Shown here: positions 10,292-20,377 of the stretch, piece by piece
Position numbering within the stretch: the first letter of the stretch is position 1
Layout: the number at the start of each line of letters is the position of its first letter
From: Pseudomonadota bacterium
GTDB lineage: Bacteria > Pseudomonadota > Alphaproteobacteria > SHVP01
Assembly (NCBI GenBank): GCA_027622715.1
Contig: JAQBYN010000015.1
Coordinates: 11,745-75,744, forward strand
DNA length: 64,000 nucleotides
Direction: 5' to 3'
Program-made: the position numbers and the translations under genes
The notes under the pieces: generated by a model
What the model was told of the DNA's origin: nothing
What the model saw: only the letters and a program-made list of their open reading frames with translations
Databases searched by the model: none

Positions 10292-11815
10292 ATGAATATG
10301 CCCTTAGGGATGTATCGTTCGGCGCGCCTAGTCGCTGTCGTCCTAGTGCTCGCCGTTGTTAGCCCGCTAGCGGGATACGCACAGTCCGCCAAGCTAACCT
10401 TCCTTCACATCAACGATGTATATGAAATTTCGCCGCGGCGCGGCATCGGCGGGCTCGCCGAATTGATGACGCTGTTACGTCAAGAACGCGCCCAAGCTGA
10501 AAACCATATCACCACATTGGGCGGCGACTTGGTGTCACCCTCCGTGATGTCGGGGCTGACCAAGGGCAAGCAAATGATCGCGCTGATGAACGCGATCGGC
10601 GTCGACTATGCCGGCCTCGGCAACCACGAATTCGATTTCGGCGATGACCTGCTCAAGCAACGCCTGTCCGAATCAAAGTTTTCCTGGCTTGCGACCAACA
10701 CCCTCGAGAACGGCAAACCGTTTGGCGGGATGGCTGCGACAGCGGTTCGCGACATCGGTGAATTCAAGGTTGGCTTCTTCAGTGTCCTGACCCCGGAGAC
10801 CACTCATTTGTCGAGCCCCGGGAGCGCGATCACGTTTGCCCCGGTTGAGGACGCCGCTAAACAGGCGATCGCCACGTTAAAGGAACAAGGCGCGCACTTC
10901 ATCGTTGCGCTGACGCACTTGGACTTGGCTCAGGACCGCGCGTTGGCGCGCGCGCTTGGCGATATCGACATCATCCTGGGCGGCCACGACCACGATCCAA
11001 TCATGATTTACGAGGGCAGCACGTTGATCCTAAAGGCCGGGACCGACGCCCACTTTCTGGCTGTTGCCGATGTCACCCTGATCAAAGGCGAATCGCGCGG
11101 CACTGTGACCTACTCATTCCAACCGGAATGGCGGCTTCGGACCACGGCCGGCGTGCAACCCGATCCCGAGGTCGCGGCGTTGACCGGGAAATACAATGCC
11201 GAGCTTGATGCCGAACTGTCGATCCCGGTCGGAAAAGCCGGTGTCGAATTGGATAGCCGCCGAGCAAGTGTGCGCACCCGTGAAACCACGATGGGCAATC
11301 TCATTGCGGACGCCATGCGGGCCAGTGTGACGGCCGATATCGCGCTGACCAACGGCGGCGGCATTCGCGGCGACCGTACCTACGACGCCGGTTCGACACT
11401 GACCCGCAAGGACGTGCTGACCGAATTGCCGTTCGGCAACGTCACGGTTGTTCTTGAGCTCAAAGGGTCCGACCTTCTGGCGGCACTCGAGAACGGCGTA
11501 AGCCGCATCGAAGACACCGCGGGCCGCTTTCCCCAAGTCTCCGGGGTGCGCTTTTCGTTCGACTCGACAAAACCAGCCGGCAGTCGCGTCAGCGATGTCA
11601 ACGTCGGCGGTCAGGCGTTGGACGCCAACAAACTGTACCGCGTTGCGACCAATGATTTCATCGCGGGCGGCGGCGACGGGTTCGATGCACTGACGGCGGG
11701 GCGGGTGATCGTCGACGCCGCCGGCGCGACCCTGATCGCGACGATGGTGATGGACTACATCTCGGCCAACGGGACCGTTACACCGAAAGTCGATGGCCGG
11801 ATTAGCGGTCGTTAA
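10292..11815 (+). CDS. periplasmic bifunctional metallophosphatase/5'-nucleotidase (UshA-like) with signal peptide
   Basis: A GGGAGG ribosome-binding site precedes the ATG at 10292. The N-terminus is MNMPLGMYRSARLVAVVLVLAVVSPLAGYAQS. The calcineurin-like motifs INDVYE and GNHEFDFG are present. A C-terminal 5'-nucleotidase domain is present. The upstream in-frame extension starting at 10031 has no coding character. Confidence 0.85.
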   Translation: MNMPLGMYRSARLVAVVLVLAVVSPLAGYAQSAKLTFLHINDVYEISPRRGIGGLAELMTLLRQERAQAENHITTLGGDLVSPSVMSGLTKGKQMIALMNAIGVDYAGLGNHEFDFGDDLLKQRLSESKFSWLATNTLENGKPFGGMAATAVRDIGEFKVGFFSVLTPETTHLSSPGSAITFAPVEDAAKQAIATLKEQGAHFIVALTHLDLAQDRALARALGDIDIILGGHDHDPIMIYEGSTLILKAGTDAHFLAVADVTLIKGESRGTVTYSFQPEWRLRTTAGVQPDPEVAALTGKYNAELDAELSIPVGKAGVELDSRRASVRTRETTMGNLIADAMRASVTADIALTNGGGIRGDRTYDAGSTLTRKDVLTELPFGNVTVVLELKGSDLLAALENGVSRIEDTAGRFPQVSGVRFSFDSTKPAGSRVSDVNVGGQALDANKLYRVATNDFIAGGGDGFDALTAGRVIVDAAGATLIATMVMDYISANGTVTPKVDGRISGR

Positions 11816-11872
11816 ACGGTTGCCCGGCCGGGTCGCATCAATGCGGCGCGATCCGGCTGGCGACCGACTGCC

Positions 11873-12655
11873 ATGACCGATGCCGTCTTAGCGGGTTTCG
11901 ACCGCACGACTTTTACGCACAACGGCAAGACCCGCCCGGTATTCAGCGCGGGCAGCGGTCCCGGCGTTATCGTGATTCATGAGGTTCCCGGTATTACGCC
12001 CGAGGTTGCACGGTTTGCCACCTGGGTCGTCGAGGCCGGGTTTCATGTCGCGATGCCGTCGTTGTTTGGCGCCCCCGGCAAACCAAAATCGACCGGCTAC
12101 ATCCTGGGTTCCTTCGCCCGGGCCTGTATCAGCCGTGAATTCAATTGCCTCGCCGCCGAACGGTCGAGCCCGGTCACGGACTGGCTGCGGGCGTTGTGCC
12201 GTACAGTGCATGCCGAGTGCGGGGGATTAGGGGTCGGCGCGGTGGGGATGTGCCTGACCGGCAACTTCGCGCTCTCACTGATGGTCGAACCGTCGATGAT
12301 GGCGCCGGTCTTGTCCCAGCCGTCGCTACCCCTGCCGGTTGGAAACAGGCGGCGGGGCGCGCTGCACCTGTCTCCTGCAGATTTGGACACCGCCAAGGAA
12401 AGAACGCGACAAGGCGTCCGCATTCTTGGCCTGCGATTCGACACCGATCCGACCTGCCCTGGCGCGCGCTTTGCGCGATTACGGGAGGAGTTCGGGGCCG
12501 ATTTCGAAGCGATCGAAATTCCGGGCCACTTTGCCGCGACAAAAATGCGGCACAGCGTCTTGACCAACGACCTTGTCGACGAAGTCGGACACCCAACAGT
12601 GGCGGCCCGCGACCGCGTGTTGACGTTTCTCGCGGCGCAACTCAAGCCGGCTTGA
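11873..12655 (+). CDS. dienelactone hydrolase family protein
   Basis: 260 aa with an alpha/beta-hydrolase fold. It shows the DLH-like elements VIVIHEVPGITPE and GMCLTGNFA, a nucleophile-elbow-like motif. Confidence 0.75.
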   Translation: MTDAVLAGFDRTTFTHNGKTRPVFSAGSGPGVIVIHEVPGITPEVARFATWVVEAGFHVAMPSLFGAPGKPKSTGYILGSFARACISREFNCLAAERSSPVTDWLRALCRTVHAECGGLGVGAVGMCLTGNFALSLMVEPSMMAPVLSQPSLPLPVGNRRRGALHLSPADLDTAKERTRQGVRILGLRFDTDPTCPGARFARLREEFGADFEAIEIPGHFAATKMRHSVLTNDLVDEVGHPTVAARDRVLTFLAAQLKPA

Positions 12656-12710
12656 TCACTGCGCCAGGCGGCGCACAAACGAGATCTCGTGCTACCCTGC
12701 GTGTGGGCAG

Positions 12711-13799
12711 GTGGGACCATGCCGAACGTGGAACAGAACAGTGACAGCCGAGAACCTCGATCTGGCCAGTTTTGGCTGGAACGCCTTTTTTGAATCCCAG
12801 CGTCAGCTTGACGATCAGGCCGACGCCGTGCCCGTGCGCGTCATGTCGGTTCACCGCGCCGGCCTTAGTGTTGCCGCGCCGGGCATTGATCTCCTGATTC
12901 CGACGATCAAAGCCTCCCCGGGCAATGAAGCGGCCGCTGCCACGGTTGGCGACTGGCTGCTGCTCGACCGCGAAACGTCGGCGCCGCGCCTAATGCAACG
13001 CAAGAGCCTGTTCTCGCGCCGCGCCGCCGGTGCCGCCCGTAAGCTGCAACTCATCGCCGCCAATGTTGACACGCTATTTGTCGTGTCGTCGTGCAACGAA
13101 GACTTCAACGTCGCCCGTTTGGAACGCTATCTCGCGCTGGCGCGCGAGGCAGACGTGACGCCGGTTATCGTACTCACCAAAGCCGACCTGACCGACGAGC
13201 CTGAAGAATTTGTCCGCGCGGCCGCTGCCCTCATGCCTGGCCTCATGGTCGAAATTGTCGATGCGCGCGATCCGAAGAGCGTTGCCGGTCTCGCTGCCTG
13301 GTGTGGGCTGGGCCAGACCGTCGCGCTGGTCGGCTCGTCCGGCGTCGGTAAATCGACTCTTGTGAACACGTTGACCGGTATCGACCAAGCCGCGACGCAG
13401 AGCGTTCGTGAGGAAGACGGTAAGGGGCGCCACACGACATCGGCCCGCTCGCTCCATCGTTTGCCCACGAAGGGCTGGATTGTGGACACGCCGGGCATGC
13501 GGGAATTGCAGCTGACCGATATTACGACTGGCATCGACGAGGTTTTTGCCGATGTTGTCGCGTTGATCAAGGAATGCAAATTTACCGATTGTCGCCACGA
13601 GGCGGAACCCGGCTGCGCGGTCCTGGCCGCGATCGCCGCCGGCACATTCGATTCCGCACGGCTGACACGCTGGCAGAAACTCGTCGCCGAAGAAGCCCAC
13701 AACACGGCCAATCTCGCCGAGCGACACGCGCACGATCGAACATTCACCAAGAAGATCAAGGTCGCGGTAAAGAGCAAGCGGCGCCCGCGCGGAAGATGA
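12711..13799 (+). CDS. rsgA: ribosome small-subunit-dependent GTPase A
   Basis: A circularly permuted GTPase. It has an OB-fold N-terminus, a G4-like VLTKADL motif, a VGSSGVGKSTLVN P-loop, and a C-terminal zinc-finger-like CKFTDCRHEAEPGC. Confidence 0.85.
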   Translation: MGPCRTWNRTVTAENLDLASFGWNAFFESQRQLDDQADAVPVRVMSVHRAGLSVAAPGIDLLIPTIKASPGNEAAAATVGDWLLLDRETSAPRLMQRKSLFSRRAAGAARKLQLIAANVDTLFVVSSCNEDFNVARLERYLALAREADVTPVIVLTKADLTDEPEEFVRAAAALMPGLMVEIVDARDPKSVAGLAAWCGLGQTVALVGSSGVGKSTLVNTLTGIDQAATQSVREEDGKGRHTTSARSLHRLPTKGWIVDTPGMRELQLTDITTGIDEVFADVVALIKECKFTDCRHEAEPGCAVLAAIAAGTFDSARLTRWQKLVAEEAHNTANLAERHAHDRTFTKKIKVAVKSKRRPRGR

Positions 13800-13887
13800 G
13801 CCACTGCTGATCGTCGGTTGGGCCGCCCGGTTGAAAGCCAAAAAAAAGGCGGGCGAAAGACACCGGCCTTTTTGATGTTTGATTGGG

Positions 13888-14862
13888 TTAGATGAACAGC
13901 GCGCGGTCTTGCGGCATATCCTTGTACAGATCGGCCACGAATTCGCCGTAACCGTTATAGATCAGGGTCGGCACTCGTTTGTCGGTGCCCAGCACGCGTT
14001 CCGTTTTTTGGGTCCAGCGCGGATGGTCGAACGCCGGATTGACGTTGGCCCAAAACCCGTATTCGGCGTCTTGGAGTTCTTCCCAGAAGGTCTTGGGCCG
14101 TTTGTCGGTAAACGTGATGCTGACAATCGACTTGGCCGACTTGAATCCGTATTTCCATGGCACCGCGATTCGGATCGGCGCCCCGTGTTGCGGCAACGCC
14201 GGATGACCGTAGGTCCCGGTCACCATGAACGTCATTTCGTTCATCGCCTCTTCCATCGTCAGGCCTTCCACGTAGGGCCAGGGATACCAGAACTGGCGTT
14301 GACCCGAGGCGAAGCTCTTGTCCACGAAGGTGCGAAACTCGACATACTTGGCCGATCCCAGCGGTTGCACCATTTTGATGAGATGGCTCAATTCGAACCC
14401 ACTCCACGGGATCGTCATGGACCAGGCTTCGACGCAGCGATGGCGGTAGAGGCGCTCCTCGAGCGGCATTTTTGCCAGCAGGTCGTCGATCCCGATTTCC
14501 ATTTCGTTCTCGACCATGCCGTCTATCCGTACGGTCCACGGGCGCACCGGCAACCGTTGGGCGGCACGCCAGATTTCTTTGTGCGAACCGAACTCGTAAA
14601 AATTGTTATAGGTCGAATTGATCTTCTCAGGCGTGAGATCGCGATCGAGCCGGTACCGTAGGTTCTGCTTGACCGGATACAGATGCGCCGACGGATCGTC
14701 TTCGGTCGCCGCCTGGGCGACGCCGCCCAGAACGGGGCCCGCAGCCGCGAGAATGGTTCCCGCTGCGGCACCCTTCATCAGTTGCCGGCGATTCAGGTAA
14801 GCCGATTCGGACGTGGCGGCCGATTCGGGAATTTCCCATCCTTTGGGATTCTTGATCAGCAT
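13888..14862 (-). CDS. msrP: protein-methionine-sulfoxide reductase catalytic subunit MsrP (YedY-type molybdoenzyme) with Tat signal
   Basis: Starting at 14862 gives MLIKNPKGWEIPESA...NRRQLMKGAAAG, a twin-arginine signal. The sulfite-oxidase-family Moco domain is present (YNNFYEFG, RCVEAWS). No msrQ follows. Confidence 0.88.
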   Translation of the reverse strand: MLIKNPKGWEIPESAATSESAYLNRRQLMKGAAAGTILAAAGPVLGGVAQAATEDDPSAHLYPVKQNLRYRLDRDLTPEKINSTYNNFYEFGSHKEIWRAAQRLPVRPWTVRIDGMVENEMEIGIDDLLAKMPLEERLYRHRCVEAWSMTIPWSGFELSHLIKMVQPLGSAKYVEFRTFVDKSFASGQRQFWYPWPYVEGLTMEEAMNEMTFMVTGTYGHPALPQHGAPIRIAVPWKYGFKSAKSIVSITFTDKRPKTFWEELQDAEYGFWANVNPAFDHPRWTQKTERVLGTDKRVPTLIYNGYGEFVADLYKDMPQDRALFI

Positions 14863-14986
14863 GCTGGTCTCCCGCCTAATGCGTTGTCCATGGACGTAGC
14901 GGCTGCAGAGCGCCGCCACAATTCAAGTGTCGGTGAGACTTCTCACGAAAGTCTCCCGATATCGCGGGTCGACGCCGAAATCGGGG

Positions 14987-17016
14987 TTATTGGGCGGCGT
15001 CCGCCATGCCGGCACGGTAAGTTTGGACGGCCTCGTCGGCGAGGCGGCCCCGAATTTCCTGCAAATGATCGAACGCCCAGGTGTAGCTGCCGACCCCTTG
15101 GGAAACCGACCGCAGCTCAATAATCAGATCGTGAATTTCCGACTGCGGCAGATTGACCTTTACGACATCCCAGCCGGACCACCCTTCGCGGGTGTCGAAG
15201 CCAAGAATTTGGCCGCGCCGTGCACTGGCCATGGCGTTGACCTTTGGCGTCACTTCCGATGGCACGGTGACGTTGACGGCCAAGATGGGCTCCAGCAGGA
15301 CCGGGTCGCATTTTGGCATGCCCTCTTTCATGGCCATACTGCCCGCCGTCTTAAACGCCATCTCCGACGAGTCGACCGAATGGTATTGGCCGTCATTGAG
15401 CGTGACGCACAAATCGACGACGTTGAAGCCGAGCGGCCCGCGCGTCAGATATTCACGAACGCCTGCTTCGACGGCAGGGATGTACTGGCGTGGCACCGAC
15501 CCGCCAACAACTTTGTCCTCGAACTGGAATCCACTGCCCCGGGGCAACGGTTTGATGTCGATATGGACGTCACCAAACTGGCCGTGGCCGCCCGACTGGC
15601 GCTTGAACCGCGCGTGCTGGGAGACCGGTTTGCGAATGGCTTCCTTATAGGGAACACGGGGGCGGCCGGTTTCGATCTCGATCTTGAACCGGTTTTTCAT
15701 TTTCTCGGTGGCGACGCGCAGGTGAATTTCCCCCTGGCCCCGCAGGATCGTCTCGCCGGTCTCCTGGTTGTGTTCCAGTTGGAGGGATGGATCCTCATCG
15801 AGTATTTTTGCAAGTGATCCAGACAGCTTCACGTCGTCATCGCGCTTCGCCGGCGCGATCGTCATCGCAAAGACCGGCGGCGTCGCCGCGACCCGTGGCA
15901 AGGCCGGTGCAGTGCCTGTCGCGGTCAGTGTGTCGCCGGTTTTCGCTTCGTCGAGCCGCCCGAAAGCCACGATCTCACCGGGACCAGCCACCGATACTTT
16001 TTCGGTGTGTTGTCCAACCATATGGAAGAGGCTCGCGATCCGCTCTCCATTGGCGGAGTCGCCGTCCTTGAACGTCCCGCTCCAGACCCGCGCCACCGAC
16101 ATTTTGCCAAAATTCGGCGTCTGAAAGGTCTTGAGTATTTGTGCCACGGGCTTCGTCGTCGTCGCCCCGATCCGGGCCGCCGCGACGTCGGGTGATGCAA
16201 CTTCATGGCGCAGCATCTTCAGCAGGCGCCAGACGCCGGCGTCGTGTTCGGCCGCACCGAAAATCGTCGGCACGATGTGGCCCTCTTGGAAAGCCGTGCG
16301 GAGCGACGCGTAGGCCTGATTGTTGTCTGCGGCTTCTTCTTCCAGAAGGCGTTCCATCAGCGCTTCGTCGAAGTCCGATAGCCGTTCGAGCATCGCATAG
16401 CGGGCGGCGGCGAATTCGTCCCTCAGCGCCGCCGGCACGTCAGTTTGGGTGGACGCACCGTCATCCGCATAGGTGAATGCCCGGCCACTCGGCAGGTCGA
16501 TGTAGCCGCGCAAATTTTCCCCCTCAAGAATCGGGAACTCGCGCAGCACGAGCGGGGCTTGCGACGTGGCTTGGATCGAGTTGACGACTCGATCCACCGT
16601 GCCCTCCATTTTGTCGACCTTGTTGATGAATAGAAGGCGCGGGATGCGATGTTCTTCCAAGAAGTGCAGAAGCCCCGACAACGCCAACGCTTTGGCTGGG
16701 TCAGCATCCGCCACGATTACGGCGGCATCGACTCCGATCAACGCATTGTAGGTTTCTTGAGCAAACTCGATCGAACCCGGACAATCCAGAAAAGAGAACG
16801 AATCGCCGAGGTAGGATGCGGTCGCGACGTTGACCTCAGTCCCCATGCTGCGATCGCGGGCTTCTTGCGAATGATCCCCGACGGTGCTGCCCTCGCCGGT
16901 TGTGCCCTTGCGAGAAATCTTTTTGGTGGCAAACAAGATGCTCTCAAGCAACGTGGTCTTGCCCGACATATAGGGCCCGACGAGAGCGACTGAGCGTGGT
17001 CCGGCACTATTCGCCA
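14987..17016 (-). CDS. elongation factor G paralog (EF-G-like translational GTPase)
   Basis: Starting at 17016 gives MANSAGPRSVALVGPYMSGKTTLLESIL, a G1 motif. Domains II to V of EF-G are recognisable. About 675 aa. A GGGAGGA ribosome-binding site directly precedes the ATG. Confidence 0.85.
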
Positions 17017-17039
17017 TGACATCCTCCCTGCGCCTTGTT

Positions 17040-17059
17040 CTTGAAACCATGGTTTCAAG
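17040..17059. promoter_or_regulatory. 20-bp perfect palindrome CTTGAAACCATGGTTTCAAG in the leader of the EF-G paralog
   Basis: Reverse-complement identity verified by eye. It lies 24 to 43 nt upstream of the EF-G-like ATG, immediately 5' of the ribosome-binding site. Confidence 0.6.
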
Positions 17060-17171
17060 CCATCCGAGGCGGCGCAAGGGGAATCCTGTAATCGGGCAGT
17101 CTGGGACGGCTTAGCGGCAGACCGCGTGCACTGTGCGGTCATTCTGGGTCGGCGCGGGAAGTTATGAGCGG

Positions 17172-18095
17172 TTAGCCGCGACCGCCGTTGGCCCACGGTT
17201 TGAGGGCGCCCCAGACTACATCGTGGGTTGGGGTCGGCACACCGACCTCACGACCGAAGCGGGAGATCGCGCCGGAGAGCCACTTCACCTCCAGCGGCTT
17301 GCCGCGTTCTAAGTCGTGCAACATTGACGGTTTGATCGCGGGAATCTTGGTCGGATCGAAACGCTGGGCTGCGCCGAGGGCGCCGGGCTCGAGCGTGATC
17401 TTGCGCGCTGCCGCAACGGCGGCGACTTCTTGCATGGCGCGTTTGACGAGTTCAGCGCCTTCCGGTTCGGCCATTACATCGCGAATCGGTAACCGCGCGA
17501 GACAGCAAATCCCGCTCAATGCAGTCAGCATGACCATCTTCGACCAAATCGCCGATTCGACGTCGTCGGTCAGCACTGCCTTAACGCCGAACGCCGCAAC
17601 CGCCGCTAGGAAAGCCTCAGCCGCCGGTCGCCCCGCCGGATCGAGCGCGCCAAAAACCAGCCGCACCCCGGCGGTCTCGTGAACGATTACGCCGGGTTCG
17701 GCGATGTGCGACGAAATATAGATCGAGCCGCGCAGAACGTGGGCCGCACCGAAGGTATCGACCAGCCATTGGTGGCTTTCGACACCGTTAAGGACATCGA
17801 GAACGACTGTGTTCGGACCGATCAGCGGCGTCATCGCGGCAATGGCAGCCTGCGCATCGTAGACCTTGACCGAAAAGATGACCGTATCCACCGGGCCGAT
17901 GGTCGCCGGATCGTCGGTTGCCTGCGCCGGGTTGACGATGATGGGCCGGTCTTTGTCGTCGAGCCGCAGGCCCTTGGCCTGCATCGCCGCGAGGTGCGCG
18001 CCGCGGGCGACAAAAAAGACGTCGTGGCCTTGGTCGGCGAGGCGGGCGCCGAGATAGCCCCCGACGCCGCCCGATCCCATAATCGCGATCTTCAT
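17172..18095 (-). CDS. panE: 2-dehydropantoate 2-reductase (ketopantoate reductase)
   Basis: MKIAIMGSGGVGGYLGARLADQGHDVFFVARG Rossmann N-terminus and ApbA/PanE C-terminal domain, about 307 aa. Confidence 0.85.
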   Translation of the reverse strand: MKIAIMGSGGVGGYLGARLADQGHDVFFVARGAHLAAMQAKGLRLDDKDRPIIVNPAQATDDPATIGPVDTVIFSVKVYDAQAAIAAMTPLIGPNTVVLDVLNGVESHQWLVDTFGAAHVLRGSIYISSHIAEPGVIVHETAGVRLVFGALDPAGRPAAEAFLAAVAAFGVKAVLTDDVESAIWSKMVMLTALSGICCLARLPIRDVMAEPEGAELVKRAMQEVAAVAAARKITLEPGALGAAQRFDPTKIPAIKPSMLHDLERGKPLEVKWLSGAISRFGREVGVPTPTHDVVWGALKPWANGGRG

Positions 18096-18115
18096 TCCAG
18101 GACTTCCCGCTATAT

Positions 18116-19339
<1,224 letters not shown>

Positions 19340-19404
19340 CTAGGACCAAAGCGGCAGAATTCGGCCGCACGCTACGCCCCCTATTGAGGCCGCGCAACCG
19401 CCGG

Positions 19405-20241
19405 TCAAGGGCCGTCCGAGCCCCGCGCCCGGCGGATATAGACGACGTAGTAAACGAGCGCCACGAACACGCTGCCACCGACAATGTTGCCTAGTGTCAC
19501 CGGCACGAGATTCGCCGCGAGGCCCGCGACAGTGAGCCCCATCGAGGCGGGATCGGGGGCGACGAGCATGCCCAACGGCACCAAAAACATGTTGGCCACC
19601 GAATGCTCGAACCCGGCGGCGACGAACGCCGAGATCGGGAATACGACGGCAAGTATCTTGCCCGACACCGAATGGGCCGCCATCGCCAACCACACGGCGA
19701 GGCAGACCAGGGCGTTACACAAGAGCCCGCGGAAGAACGCCTCGACGAATGGCAGTGACGTCTTTGCGGCGGCAACCCGCACCGCCGAATCGCCTAACGC
19801 GCCGCCGTGGCCACCCATGACCCCCGAAAGATCAACGATCACCGCGGTCGCGACAGCACCGACAAAGTTGGCGGCGAAAACAAGTCCCCAGTTTCGCAAC
19901 AACCGACCCGACGTGATTTTACGGTCGGCCCAGGCGATCACGATAAGGTTGTTGCCTGTAAAGAGTTCCGCCCCGGCGACCACGACCAGGACCAGCCCGA
20001 GCGAAAAACAAATCCCGCCGACAACCCGTTCGAGGCCATAGCCGAGGCCGGAATCGGTGATCGCCACGAGATAAAACAGCGACCCGAACGCGATAAACGC
20101 GCCGGCCAGGACGCCAAGAGCAAGGGTCGGGACTATCCCCAGACCGGCCTTAGTGACCCCGGCGCTTTCCACCCGGCGGGCAATCTCCGCCGGAGCGTAA
20201 GCGTCAAGGAGGGTGAAGGGGTTGCCCTGATTGTTTTCCAT
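19405..20241 (-). CDS. formate/nitrite transporter family protein (FocA/NirC-like)
   Basis: Starting at 20241 gives MENNQGNPFTLLD. Six TM helices. An FNT-like signature is present around LVVVAGAELFTGNNL. Confidence 0.85.
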   Translation of the reverse strand: MENNQGNPFTLLDAYAPAEIARRVESAGVTKAGLGIVPTLALGVLAGAFIAFGSLFYLVAITDSGLGYGLERVVGGICFSLGLVLVVVAGAELFTGNNLIVIAWADRKITSGRLLRNWGLVFAANFVGAVATAVIVDLSGVMGGHGGALGDSAVRVAAAKTSLPFVEAFFRGLLCNALVCLAVWLAMAAHSVSGKILAVVFPISAFVAAGFEHSVANMFLVPLGMLVAPDPASMGLTVAGLAANLVPVTLGNIVGGSVFVALVYYVVYIRRARGSDGP

Positions 20242-20305
20242 ATGGCGGCATCCTGGCAGAATCGGCCGGTGTTGTACCTTGATCCGGCGCAAAGGCAGCA
20301 GATTG

Positions 20306-20321
20306 CTGACACCGTGGTGTC
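20306..20321. promoter_or_regulatory. inverted repeat TGACACC-GT-GGTGTCA in the divergent FNT/uvrB promoter region
   Basis: 7-bp perfect arms with a 2-nt spacer, seen directly. It lies between the divergent starts at 20241 (-) and 20378 (+). Confidence 0.45.
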
Positions 20322-20377
20322 AGGAGGTCGCGGCCACGGCCTAGCAACGGCAGGCCCGCGCGACATATAAAAGGGGC

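Noticed and set aside
13838-13876. Bidirectional terminator between convergent rsgA and msrP (A8…T5 flanks)
   Set aside because: The A-tract and T-tract are present, but I could not fold a convincing GC stem between them. It is left unannotated.
20277-20290. FNR box upstream of the formate/nitrite transporter
   Set aside because: Only a TTGAT half-site matches. The second half (CGCAA) is a 3/5 match. It is mentioned in a finding but not called as a feature.
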